Origin: a bacterium
GTDB lineage: Bacteria; UBP6; UBA1177
Length of the DNA stretch: 64,000 nucleotides
NCBI GenBank assembly: GCA_017961325.1
Contig: JAGCXM010000019.1
Span: forward strand, 4,417-68,416
Direction: 5' to 3'
Within the stretch, counting starts at the first letter, position 1. Every line of letters starts with the position of its first letter. The notes beneath the pieces are model-generated. The model saw only the letters and a program-made list of their open reading frames with translations. It was not told where the DNA came from and did no database searches. Below are positions 18,344 to 27,190 of this stretch, piece by piece. Position numbers and translations under genes: made by a program.

Positions 18344-19085
18344 AGTCCTTTTGAGCGGTGCTGCAGGAAGAATGGGCCGTGCGATAACGGCGCTTGCGTC
18401 ACAGACTCTCGACATAGAAATCGTTCACAAGGTCGATATTGCTCAAGGTTTTGAAAATATTGATGAAATCGAACGTAAAGATGTCGATGCCGTAATTGAT
18501 TTCTCTTCCCGTTCAGGTTTTGAAAAGGCGCTTCTCTGGGCGGTAAAGCATCAGGTTCCGCTTATTGTCGGCACTACGGGGCTTACCGATGAGGATTTTG
18601 CCGGAATAGAGCTGGCTTCGCACGAAATTCCGGTTCTGCAGGCTTCAAATATGAGCCGCGGCATAAACATAATGTTTGAGATTCTGAAATATGCGGCAAA
18701 GTTCACGCACGACGCCGACATCGAAATTATCGAAATGCACCATAACCAGAAGAAGGATGCTCCGAGCGGAACGGCGCTTGAAATGGGAAAAATAATTTCC
18801 GAAGTCCAGTCAGAGCGCAATCTGTCACGCTGCGACGGCAGAAGCGGAATGGTCGGTGCCAGAAAAAGCAGCGAAATCGGCTATCATTCGGTGCGCTGCG
18901 GCGATGTCCCTGGCGATCATACCGTTATTTTCGGTTTTGCAGGCGAAAGGATAGAAATTTCGCACAAGGCGGGAAGCCGCGACATTCTGGCGGGCGGTGC
19001 CTTGTCAGCCGTACGCTTCATTGTCGGAAAGAAGCCGGGAAGATATTCGATGAAAGATGTGATTTCTGCTGAAGAAAATATGTAG
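18336..19085 (+). CDS. dapB: 4-hydroxy-tetrahydrodipicolinate reductase
   Basis: GAAGRMG, IDFS, GTTG, IEMHHNQKKDAPSGTA and HTVIF...EISH motifs; ATG 18336 overlaps the gpsA stop. Confidence 0.95.
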   Translation: MIKVLLSGAAGRMGRAITALASQTLDIEIVHKVDIAQGFENIDEIERKDVDAVIDFSSRSGFEKALLWAVKHQVPLIVGTTGLTDEDFAGIELASHEIPVLQASNMSRGINIMFEILKYAAKFTHDADIEIIEMHHNQKKDAPSGTALEMGKIISEVQSERNLSRCDGRSGMVGARKSSEIGYHSVRCGDVPGDHTVIFGFAGERIEISHKAGSRDILAGGALSAVRFIVGKKPGRYSMKDVISAEENM

Positions 19086-19086
19086 C

Positions 19087-19434
19087 ATGGAAGACAATTC
19101 AATAAAAATAGAATACAAAAAATTTGCCTCGTTTCTGAAGGATTACATCAGAAACATGAGCCGCGGAGAACTTTTCCTGATTTCTGATGAAAAGAGGGAA
19201 GTGGGCGAAATCTTTAATTTTTTAATACAAGTTCCTGGCTTTGAAAAGTTGCTGAAGGCCGAAGGCAAAGTGAAGTGTGTCGGCTGCGGCGATTCCGGCG
19301 AAACGGGTTTCGGCATCGATTTCGTTTTTGATGATGAAAGCAGAAAATTTCTTTCCGGAAATTTGCAGAAAATCATTCCAGATAAATACGGAAATGTCTG
19401 GGGCGCAAAAATTTTGTCTTTGCTAAAAAATTAA
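19087..19434 (+). CDS. PilZ-like domain protein (myxobacterial TIGR02266-like)
   Basis: FLKDYIRNMSRGELFL...VG..F...GKV....GFGIDF pattern; no clear RxxxR motif. Confidence 0.6.
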   Translation: MEDNSIKIEYKKFASFLKDYIRNMSRGELFLISDEKREVGEIFNFLIQVPGFEKLLKAEGKVKCVGCGDSGETGFGIDFVFDDESRKFLSGNLQKIIPDKYGNVWGAKILSLLKN

Positions 19435-19449
19435 ATAGAGAGAGTGAAC

Positions 19450-20184
19450 ATGAATATTGAAGCTGTAATTCTTGCTGCCGGCAAGGGAACGAGAATGAAG
19501 TCGGATCTTCCCAAAGTTATGCACAATGTCGCCGGAAAGCCGATGATAGCCTGGATAATCGAGGCTTTGAAGCCTGTCTGCGGCACGCTGAACGTCGTTA
19601 CCGGTCACGGCCGCGAGGTTGTTGAAGAGTTTGTCGGCAAAAATTTTCCGGATGTCAGATTTTCGTTGCAGGCTGTTCAGAACGGTACGGGAGGCGCTGT
19701 AAAAGCGGCAGTTCCGAATATTTCCGGCAAAACCGAAGCCGTTCTGATCTGTGCCGGAGATACGCCACTCATCAAAACTGAAACTTTTGAAAAAGTGATA
19801 AGATTTTTCAGTGAAACAGAATCTGATCTTGTCGTCGTCAGCACCATTCTCGACGATGCCGGGCAGTACGGCAGGATCGAACGCTCGGAAAACGGAGATG
19901 TCGCAGGTATTGTTGAATTTCTCGACGCAGACGAAAATCAGCGTGAAATCAAGGAGATAAACAGCGGGATTTATATGGCTGACAGGAATTTTCTCGTCGA
20001 AGCTGTTTCAAAACTTGAAAACAACAACGCCAAAAATGAATACTACCTTACCGACATCGTAAAAATCGCAATAGAGATGCACAGGAAAGTTTCAGCATAT
20101 GTTGAAAACGATTCCTTTTCACTTTCGGGAATAAACGACCGTGAGCAGCTTAAAGAAGTCGAAAAGGTTCTTCTGGAACGCTGA
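19450..20184 (+). CDS. Stand-alone UDP-GlcNAc pyrophosphorylase (GlmU N-terminal domain only)
   Basis: ILAAGKGTRMKSDLPKVMH, Q..GTGGAV, YGRI, EINSGIY, NEYYLTD and GIND motifs; the ORF ends before the hexapeptide acetyltransferase domain. Confidence 0.85.
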   Translation: MNIEAVILAAGKGTRMKSDLPKVMHNVAGKPMIAWIIEALKPVCGTLNVVTGHGREVVEEFVGKNFPDVRFSLQAVQNGTGGAVKAAVPNISGKTEAVLICAGDTPLIKTETFEKVIRFFSETESDLVVVSTILDDAGQYGRIERSENGDVAGIVEFLDADENQREIKEINSGIYMADRNFLVEAVSKLENNNAKNEYYLTDIVKIAIEMHRKVSAYVENDSFSLSGINDREQLKEVEKVLLER

Positions 20185-20193
20185 AATTGAGTC

Positions 20194-21480
20194 ATGTATC
20201 TTTCTGACACAATACAAGTTGTTGATTTTCTTAATAAATTTGCGGTAAATTCTTTGGTCTCGGCAATATCCGCATCACGCGGCGGAACACTCGTCAGGCT
20301 TTACGGAAATTCGGAAATTTCAGGTTTTTTCTTTCATCTCAAAGAAAAAATAATTATTCCGGTAAGAAATCTTTCCGCGTTTCCGAAAGAGCCTCTGACG
20401 CGTCTTGAAGAAGGGCTTCGCGCAAATTTTTACGGAAAAATCAAAAGTTTTTCGGTGATGAAGGAGTTCGGCAAGGTCGTAAAAGTCGAAACCGAAAACA
20501 TTGATCTAATAATTCCTCTTTTTGCCGGAAAACCGGTAAGAATTTCAGATAAGTCAGGAAATTCTATTTGGATGGAACGAAAAGATAACAAGTTGAATTT
20601 ACTGGAAAAACAGATGAAGGATTTTCCTTTGACATTTGAAAATCCTCTTTTCTGGGAATCCTGGTTTATTGAAAAATCTGACAGGGAAGGCGAAGAGGAG
20701 AAAAGGAAGAAACTTGAGGAAAAAAGGAATAAAATTCTTTCTTCGATCAATATTGTAAAGGAAGATATAGGAAAGCACGAGGAAAATCTTGCGAAATTTT
20801 CGGAATTTGCGGAGCTGCTGAGGGCGAATTTATGGAAATTCGATTCTTCGGAGCATAAAAATGCAGTAATTCTTACCGATTACGAAAATAATGAAAAAGA
20901 GATAACACTTGATCCGGCGAAAACCGTTCTCCAGAATATGGAGCGCTTTTTTGCAAACATAAAAAAGGCGAAAAGCGGCATTGAAAACTCTGGAAAAAGG
21001 CTCGAAAGCCTGAATGAAGAACTGAAAAAGCTTAATGATGTCAGTGTGTTGACCGAAGAAGCGAAGAGCGTTTTCAAACAGAAGAAAAAGCAGACCGGAC
21101 ATGTTCCGTATCACGAATTCCACGCTGCGAACGGACGGGTTTTTCTTGTCGGAAAAGAGGCTGCCGACAACGACGAACTTACTTTCAAAATCGCACTTCC
21201 TCACGATTTGTGGTTTCACGCCAAGGACTACCACGGAAGCCACGTCATAATGCGGATGAAAAAAGGCGAAGAACCGAAACATGAAGATATTCTGACGGCC
21301 TGCAGACTCGCGATTCTTTACAGCAGGGCAAAAAAGGGCGGCTGCGGCGAAGTGTGGTTTACTGCACGAAAAAACGTGACGAAACGCAAGGGAATGGCAG
21401 CCGGACTCGTCAACTTCAAAAACGCGAAAGTCATTTATATGAAAGATGTTGCAATGCCGGAAGGGCTGGTGAAAGTCTGA
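20194..21480 (+). CDS. NFACT (RqcH/FbpA-like) protein
   Basis: ITLDP...QNMERFF..IKKAK coiled-coil region and C-terminal NFACT-R domain (VGKEAADNDELTF, DLWFHAKDYHGSHVI, A.LA..YS). Confidence 0.8.
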   Translation: MYLSDTIQVVDFLNKFAVNSLVSAISASRGGTLVRLYGNSEISGFFFHLKEKIIIPVRNLSAFPKEPLTRLEEGLRANFYGKIKSFSVMKEFGKVVKVETENIDLIIPLFAGKPVRISDKSGNSIWMERKDNKLNLLEKQMKDFPLTFENPLFWESWFIEKSDREGEEEKRKKLEEKRNKILSSINIVKEDIGKHEENLAKFSEFAELLRANLWKFDSSEHKNAVILTDYENNEKEITLDPAKTVLQNMERFFANIKKAKSGIENSGKRLESLNEELKKLNDVSVLTEEAKSVFKQKKKQTGHVPYHEFHAANGRVFLVGKEAADNDELTFKIALPHDLWFHAKDYHGSHVIMRMKKGEEPKHEDILTACRLAILYSRAKKGGCGEVWFTARKNVTKRKGMAAGLVNFKNAKVIYMKDVAMPEGLVKV

Positions 21481-21498
21481 TATTTTTTACCAATAAAA

Positions 21499-24000
21499 TC
21501 AGTCTATCTCGAATTTTACCGGTTTGATGTTCCAGATTTCTTCGGCGTATTCCTTTATCGTTCTGTCTGACGAAAATTTTCCGCTTCTCGCGGTGTTGAG
21601 GATAGACATTTTCGTCCACGCAGTTTTATCGAGGTAAACTTTTTCGACTTTGTCCTGCATATCAACGTAAGATCGGTAGTCGGCAAGCAGCATGTAGTTG
21701 TCGCCGTAGTTGACGAGATCGTCGTAAAGCCTTGAAAATATTCCAGGTTCCGACTTGTTGAAGTAGTCGTCCTTGATCATGTCGAGAACCTGTCTGAGTT
21801 CCTTGTCCGAGTCGTAGTAAACACGCGGATTGTAACCGATAGCCTTCATTTCGCTGACTTCATTCGCCTTGAGACCGAAAATGAAGATGTTTTCAGCGCC
21901 GGCTTCCTCGAGCATTTCGACGTTTGCGCCGTCGAGAGTGCCTATCGTCATCGCGCCGTTGAGCATGAATTTCATGTTTCCGGTGCCGCTCGCCTCGAAT
22001 CCTGCAGTAGAAATCTGCTCCGAAAGGTCGCTTGCCGGAATGACTTTTTCCGCCATAGAAACCGAGTAGTTCGGGAAGAAGAAAACGTTGAGATATTTGT
22101 TGATTTCATGGTCGTTGTTGACAACTGAAGCTACTGAATTTATTAACTTTATGATCATTTTGGAAATGTAGTAGCCTGGAGCAGCCTTGCCGCCGAAAAT
22201 CTTCGTTCTCGGGACGAAGTTTCCTGACGGATTTGCCTTTATCCTGTTGTAGAGCGTGATCGTGTGGAGGACGTTGAGAAGCTGGCGCTTGTATTCGTGC
22301 ATTCTTTTTACCTGAACGTCGAACATCATGCTTGTGTTGATGTCAAATCCGAGTTTGTCGTGAGCGTAGACTTTGAGCCGCTCCTTCGCCTGTGCCTTTG
22401 CGTCAGACCAGGCGTTCCGGAATTCTTTGTCGTCGGCGAACTGTTCGAGTTTCCTGAGTTCGTCAAGGTTCGATATCCAGCCGTTTCCGATTTTTGAAGA
22501 TATAAGGTCGGATAAAGGAATATTGGATTTCTTGAGCCATCTTCTCGGAGTTATACCGTTGGTTTTATTGACGATTTTGCCGGGGTAAAGCTCGTCGAAG
22601 TCTTTGAACATGCTCTTTTTCAGAATCTTCGTGTGGAGTGCGCTGACGCCGTTCACCTTGTGGCTTCCGATTATCGCGAGGTTCGCCATTCGGACAAATT
22701 TGCAGCCGGATTCCTCGAAAATCGAGACGTCTTTTATTTTCTTGAGGTCGAAATTGCGGAAGTCGCGTGCTTCGTTCAGGAATCTGCGGTTGATTTCGTA
22801 GATTATCTGAAGCTGTCTCGGAAGGAGCGGTCCAATGATTTCGACATCCCACTTTTCGACCGCTTCGGGCAGAACCGTGTGGTTCGTGTAGGCGAAAGTG
22901 TTGCGCGTGATTTCCCATGCTTCGTTCCAGCCGAGTTTTTCTTCGTCGATGAGGATTCTCATAAGTTCCGGAATCGCGATGCTCGGGTGCGTGTCGTTGA
23001 GCTGGATCGCAACTTTTGACGGGAAATCGTCGAATTTTTCGGTTCCGTAGTTCTTTTTGTAGTGCCTGATGATGTCCTGCAGCGTCGCCGATACGAAGAA
23101 ATACTGCTGTTTGAGACGCAGAACCTTGCCCTGATGCATGTTATCGTTGGGGTAGAGGACTTTTGAGATGTTTTCGCTGCGGTTCTTGTCATTTACGGCA
23201 GCCATATAATCTCCGCTGTTGAAGTAGTGGAAGTCGAATTCGTTCGTGCTTTTCGCCTGCCACAGACGCAGATTGTTGACCGTCGGAGTCTTGTAACCGG
23301 GAACAGGAACGTCGTAAGCCTGCGCCAGAACGTCTTCTGTATCAACGAGCTTGTATCTCTCTTCGCCGTTGTCGTCGCGGTATGAGACGACTTTTCCGCC
23401 GAAACGGACTCTGTATTCAAGATCGGGTCTGCATATCTCCCACGGACAGCTGTATTTCAGCCAGTTGTCAGGAACTTCGACCTGGTATCCGTTTTCTATG
23501 CCCTGACGGAAAATGCCGTATTCGTATCTGATGCCGTAGCCGTATGCCGGAAGTCCGAGCGTCGCCATCGAATCGAGGAAACACGCCGCAAGTCTTCCCA
23601 GACCTCCGTTTCCAAGACCCATGTCGGGTTCCATGTCGCGCAGTTCCTCCATGTCGTAACCGAGTTTTTCGGCAAGACGCGAAACTTCATCGTGGCAGTC
23701 GAGATTTATGAGAGTGTTTCCCATGAGTCGGCCCATGAGGAATTCCATCGAAAGGTAGTAAACCCTTTTTGACTTGTTCCTGCGGTATTCGTGCTGGGTC
23801 CTAAGCCAGTTGCGGATGAGTTTGTGACGTATAGTCGTTGCAAGGGCGATGTAAACGTCTCTTGCCTTGACCGTCGTTTTGTCCTTGACCTGATTGTATT
23901 CGAGCGTTTCGAGCAGATCGCGCTCGAAAAGCGTGGAATTTTCATCCAGTGTATCGGTAAAAAATATCGAATCCTTGAGTTCGTCTCTTGTTTTTGCCAT
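21499..24000 (-). CDS. glgP: Glycogen/starch phosphorylase
   Basis: YLSMEFLMGR, GLGNGGLGRLAACFLDS, QLNDTHP, YTNHTVLPEA, VKRMHEYKRQ, EASGTGNMKF and GKFSSDRTIKEY motifs. Confidence 0.98.
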   Translation of the reverse strand: MAKTRDELKDSIFFTDTLDENSTLFERDLLETLEYNQVKDKTTVKARDVYIALATTIRHKLIRNWLRTQHEYRRNKSKRVYYLSMEFLMGRLMGNTLINLDCHDEVSRLAEKLGYDMEELRDMEPDMGLGNGGLGRLAACFLDSMATLGLPAYGYGIRYEYGIFRQGIENGYQVEVPDNWLKYSCPWEICRPDLEYRVRFGGKVVSYRDDNGEERYKLVDTEDVLAQAYDVPVPGYKTPTVNNLRLWQAKSTNEFDFHYFNSGDYMAAVNDKNRSENISKVLYPNDNMHQGKVLRLKQQYFFVSATLQDIIRHYKKNYGTEKFDDFPSKVAIQLNDTHPSIAIPELMRILIDEEKLGWNEAWEITRNTFAYTNHTVLPEAVEKWDVEIIGPLLPRQLQIIYEINRRFLNEARDFRNFDLKKIKDVSIFEESGCKFVRMANLAIIGSHKVNGVSALHTKILKKSMFKDFDELYPGKIVNKTNGITPRRWLKKSNIPLSDLISSKIGNGWISNLDELRKLEQFADDKEFRNAWSDAKAQAKERLKVYAHDKLGFDINTSMMFDVQVKRMHEYKRQLLNVLHTITLYNRIKANPSGNFVPRTKIFGGKAAPGYYISKMIIKLINSVASVVNNDHEINKYLNVFFFPNYSVSMAEKVIPASDLSEQISTAGFEASGTGNMKFMLNGAMTIGTLDGANVEMLEEAGAENIFIFGLKANEVSEMKAIGYNPRVYYDSDKELRQVLDMIKDDYFNKSEPGIFSRLYDDLVNYGDNYMLLADYRSYVDMQDKVEKVYLDKTAWTKMSILNTARSGKFSSDRTIKEYAEEIWNIKPVKFEID

Positions 24001-24041
24001 AAAATCCTCCCAAAAATCAAAAAAGCCGGAAAACGGCCGCT

Positions 24042-24069
24042 TTTATATTGTTTTAGAGGGAAATTTCAA
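24042..24069 (-). promoter_or_regulatory. Putative glgP promoter
   Basis: TTGAAA-N16-TATAAA followed by AGCGGCCG. Confidence 0.45.
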
Positions 24070-24129
24070 ATTTTATGTTTTGGAGAATGTGGGCATTGCA
24101 AAAATCAGAATTTATGGCGTTTATAAAAA

Positions 24130-24157
24130 TTGATTTCATGACGATGCTGGCTATAAG
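24130..24157 (+). promoter_or_regulatory. Putative promoter of the ZU5/DUF1566 lipoprotein gene
   Basis: TTGATT-N16-TATAAG. Confidence 0.45.
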
Positions 24158-24202
24158 AAAACGTATTTTGTAAACTTTGAGTTCTATTAAAGGAGACTTT
24201 TT

Positions 24203-26236
24203 ATGAAAAATTTTCTTAAGCTTGTACTTGTCGTTTTTCTCCTTGCCGCACTTGCCGCGTGCAGCGGAAAGTCTAAGGAGGGGGTAACAGTAAGGATTTC
24301 AGCCGAAAAAGGCGGAGTGATTAAAACAGAGGACGGATCTTCAATTACTATTCCGGCAGGAGCTCTTGCCGAGGATATCGAAATCACAATGAAGATCTAC
24401 ACGGCAGAGGAGTTCACCGAAGGCGGCGATTCGACAGAATTCGTCACAGGAATTGTCTCTTTGGAGCCTGCCGACCTGAACTTTTCGAAGCCGGTTGTTA
24501 TTTCGATTCCGGTAGCCAAAGCGGTCAATGATCTGGTTTCTGCAGCTTACTTCGACCTTGGCAGAAAGATCTGGCAGTACAGCAAGGAGGGGCTTGCCGT
24601 TTCAATGTCGAAGGGCGAGAACGGCCAGTTCGTTATTTCGACAAATCAGGGCGATTCAGTTTCCGTTTCAGCCGACGGCAGCCTTGTTGTCAACATCGAA
24701 GGCAGAGAGGTTCTTCTTTCCGGCAAAAGAGATCCGTTTTCAATCACAGAGGATGCTGAACCGATTTCGGGGACGGAGTTAAACAACTCCCTCAACATGG
24801 CGGCAGGACATCTCGGATCATTTGCATTTGTTGCGGTTCCTGACGATGACGTCAATGCATCAGACGACGAACCTGCTGGCGATACCGAACCGGTTTCAGA
24901 TGATGATACCGAACCTGTTTCAGAAGACGATACCGAACCTGTTTCAGAAGACGATACCGAACCGGTTTCAGAAGACGATATCGAACCGGTTTCAGATGAT
25001 GATACCGAGTCTGTTTCAGATGATGATACAGAACCTGTTTCGGACGGCGATACGGATGAAGATGCGGATACTACGGCTGAACCGACTGAAGCTGAAAAGT
25101 GCATTGAGGCTGGCGGAATCTGGAATGAAACGGAAGAGAGCTGCACAAAAACCACCAGCTGCGGCGATCTGCCTGAAAACGCAGAGTGGAACGGCGCTTC
25201 CCTATACACCCAGACTTACGCCGACAACGCATGGAGTGCTGAAATCGAAGTTGAATACAACGAAACTGCCGGAGACTGCCGCTTCAAATGCGTTTCCGGC
25301 TTTGACTGGGACGGATCAATGTGCACTGCTGCTCCTCAGGCATCCCTCGGCACGATCTGTACCGGTCAGATAAAATGCTACAACGGCACCGAAGAGATTG
25401 CCTGCCCTGCATCATCGGAAGAATACTTCGGTCAGGATGCACAGTATCTGGACAAATGTACTCAGCAGAGTTTTACCGTTCAGACGACTGCGGAGCAGAA
25501 TGTAGTTGTTGACAACAATCTGGGGCTTATGTGGCTGCCGACGCTTTCGGCTGAGACCTACACATGGGATGATGCAGCAACCTACTGCGGCAATATTGAG
25601 TATGCCGGATACTCCGACTGGCGTCTTCCGGCTCCGTTGGAACTGCTCACGATTGTTGACATCAGCAGAAAAAATCCGGCGGTGAATACGGAAAATTTCC
25701 CTGAAATGCCGACAACTTCCACTTACTTATGGACAAACAAGGACACCGGCATTATCTACACAGATGAAACAGCCCTTACTTTCAATACATATTACGGCAA
25801 GATGCAAGACAAACAGAAAAAAACAAACCTTTACCGTGTCCTGTGTGTCCGTGGTGACAGTCTTCCTAAGTCACAATTTATAACTCAGACGATTGGCGGA
25901 GAGGAGGTCATAAAAGATCTGACAACAGGTCTGATGTGGCAGAAGATATATCCCGATAAAACATTCGGTTGGGCGGATGCTTTAAAATACTGTGAGGATT
26001 TGAGCTACGCTGGCTATACGGACTGGAGGCTGCCGAACAAGAACGAGCTGGCATCGCTTCTTGATTATGACAAGACATCAAAGCCCTATACAGCTTTTCC
26101 CGGCATGAATGCCGCCAACACCTTCTGGTCTTCCTCCAGCTATACGGAAAAAAGTGTTTGGACCGTAAATTATAATGGCGGAAGTGTATACGATGAATTC
26201 AAGACCTACTATTTCGATGTCCGCTGCGTGAGATAG
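24203..26236 (+). CDS. Lipoprotein: ZU5-like domain, acidic 8-aa repeats, Cys-rich module, two DUF1566 domains
   Basis: Lipobox LAAC; GGVI...SITIPAGAL...LEP..LNFSKPV.ISIP (ZU5-like); DDTEPVSE repeats; two DxxxGLMW...WRLP..EL...VxCV units. Confidence 0.88.
   Translation: MKNFLKLVLVVFLLAALAACSGKSKEGVTVRISAEKGGVIKTEDGSSITIPAGALAEDIEITMKIYTAEEFTEGGDSTEFVTGIVSLEPADLNFSKPVVISIPVAKAVNDLVSAAYFDLGRKIWQYSKEGLAVSMSKGENGQFVISTNQGDSVSVSADGSLVVNIEGREVLLSGKRDPFSITEDAEPISGTELNNSLNMAAGHLGSFAFVAVPDDDVNASDDEPAGDTEPVSDDDTEPVSEDDTEPVSEDDTEPVSEDDIEPVSDDDTESVSDDDTEPVSDGDTDEDADTTAEPTEAEKCIEAGGIWNETEESCTKTTSCGDLPENAEWNGASLYTQTYADNAWSAEIEVEYNETAGDCRFKCVSGFDWDGSMCTAAPQASLGTICTGQIKCYNGTEEIACPASSEEYFGQDAQYLDKCTQQSFTVQTTAEQNVVVDNNLGLMWLPTLSAETYTWDDAATYCGNIEYAGYSDWRLPAPLELLTIVDISRKNPAVNTENFPEMPTTSTYLWTNKDTGIIYTDETALTFNTYYGKMQDKQKKTNLYRVLCVRGDSLPKSQFITQTIGGEEVIKDLTTGLMWQKIYPDKTFGWADALKYCEDLSYAGYTDWRLPNKNELASLLDYDKTSKPYTAFPGMNAANTFWSSSSYTEKSVWTVNYNGGSVYDEFKTYYFDVRCVR
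24881..25048 (+). repeat. In-frame 24-nt tandem repeat, 7 copies
   Basis: Consensus gataccgaacc(t/g)gtttcaga(a/t)ga(c/t), encoding DTEPVS(E/D)D. Confidence 0.95.
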
Positions 26237-26315
26237 ATCACCTCACTTTTTGTTTGTTTCACGTCTTCTTTCAAGCATTATACGTCCAACCTCGCATGCA
26301 TGATGCGGCCGGTGT

Positions 26316-27071
26316 TTAGAGGGAAATTTCAAATTTTATGACAAATTCGATAAGTGAATCGACTGCAGAGCCGTCTTTCAGTTTTCCGGAAGAAAATCTG
26401 TAATTTTTCACAGTTTTCAGAGCCGATTCCGAAAAAAGTTCGTGATCACTTTTTATTATTCTGGCTTTTAAAACTTTGCCTTCTTTTGAAATCAGAAGTT
26501 CAAGCGTTACGTTTCCTTCGACGCCTTCTTCTTCGAGACTTTCGGGGTAGGGCGGAGTTTTGGGATTTATTGCTTTCGGAATGACGGCAAGCTCTCCTGC
26601 GGTTTTCGGCGCGCTGTCGTTGCCGTCCGGCGTGGTTTTCGTGCCGATATCTCCGGATGCCGCTGTATCGTTATCACCGGGAGTACCGTTATTAGTGCCG
26701 GTTGGTGATTTTGATGTTTCAATATCTTGCGGGAATCCGTTGTTTCCGGTATTTTTTTGTTCATTTTCTGATTCTATATTCAGCGGTTCTTCTTTTCGAA
26801 TTTCAGAATTGCTGGTTTTTTCCTTGTTTTTAAGCTTCTCTTTTTTCTTGAAAATTTTTCTGGGAGCTGATTTTTGAGTCGTTTCGGATTTGATTTCGGC
26901 TTTTGGAATTTCCGGTTTCACTGTTTCCTGAAAAATTGAAATTTTTGTAATCTTCTTCATGAAATCATTTGAATTTATTTCACTTTTCAGCTCCGGTGCA
27001 AATATGAACAACAAAACATGAAATAAAATCGAAATCGCAAATGCAGTCAGAAGAAACCGTTTTTTTTTCAC
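26316..27071 (-). CDS. tonB: TonB family energy transducer
   Basis: N-terminal TM with SILFH, K/E-rich spacer, C-terminal PPYP...GVEGNV.L.LLISKEGKV..ARII.S. Confidence 0.85.
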   Translation of the reverse strand: MKKKRFLLTAFAISILFHVLLFIFAPELKSEINSNDFMKKITKISIFQETVKPEIPKAEIKSETTQKSAPRKIFKKKEKLKNKEKTSNSEIRKEEPLNIESENEQKNTGNNGFPQDIETSKSPTGTNNGTPGDNDTAASGDIGTKTTPDGNDSAPKTAGELAVIPKAINPKTPPYPESLEEEGVEGNVTLELLISKEGKVLKARIIKSDHELFSESALKTVKNYRFSSGKLKDGSAVDSLIEFVIKFEISL

Positions 27072-27104
27072 GAGATTTTCTCTCCAAAAACAGAAAAACG
27101 AGCG

Positions 27105-27133
27105 AGTATATTTACAAGAAAAGAAAATTCCAA
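27105..27133 (-). promoter_or_regulatory. Putative tonB promoter
   Basis: TTGGAA-N17-TATACT. Confidence 0.4.
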
Positions 27134-27190
27134 AAAAGTGTAAAAATTTAAGTTTCGAGTATAATACCCCGCATTTTTTGAGAGGTTGCC

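Noticed and set aside
20194-21480. NFACT gene as a pseudogene because its N-terminal domain is short and divergent
   Set aside because: The frame is uninterrupted and the NFACT-R motifs are intact; shortened NFACT proteins are plausible, so there is no evidence of decay.
24646-25373. Alternative-frame ORFs with periodic sequence (24646..25209 minus, 24822..25373 plus)
   Set aside because: By-products of the 24-nt tandem repeat inside the lipoprotein gene.
7023-26315. Diversity-generating retroelement, suggested by DUF1566 C-type-lectin-like genes near an Avd-like four-helix-bundle gene
   Set aside because: No reverse transcriptase in the window and no second copy of either DUF1566 3' end with adenine-specific mismatches. 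The four-helix protein has the suffix + zinc-finger architecture rather than plain Avd. A remote TR/RT elsewhere in the genome cannot be excluded.
26237-26315. Hairpin after the DUF1566 gene as a DGR-type homing stem-loop
   Set aside because: Only a 4-bp stem (GCAT/ATGC) between convergent genes, and no template repeat supports it.
27060-27068. A9 tract directly after the tonB start codon, and an 8-nt homopolymer near 62683, as phase-variation switches
   Set aside because: Both encode ordinary Lys or Phe runs of signal/anchor peptides, frames are intact, and such tracts are common in this sequence. Read-level length variation would be needed.
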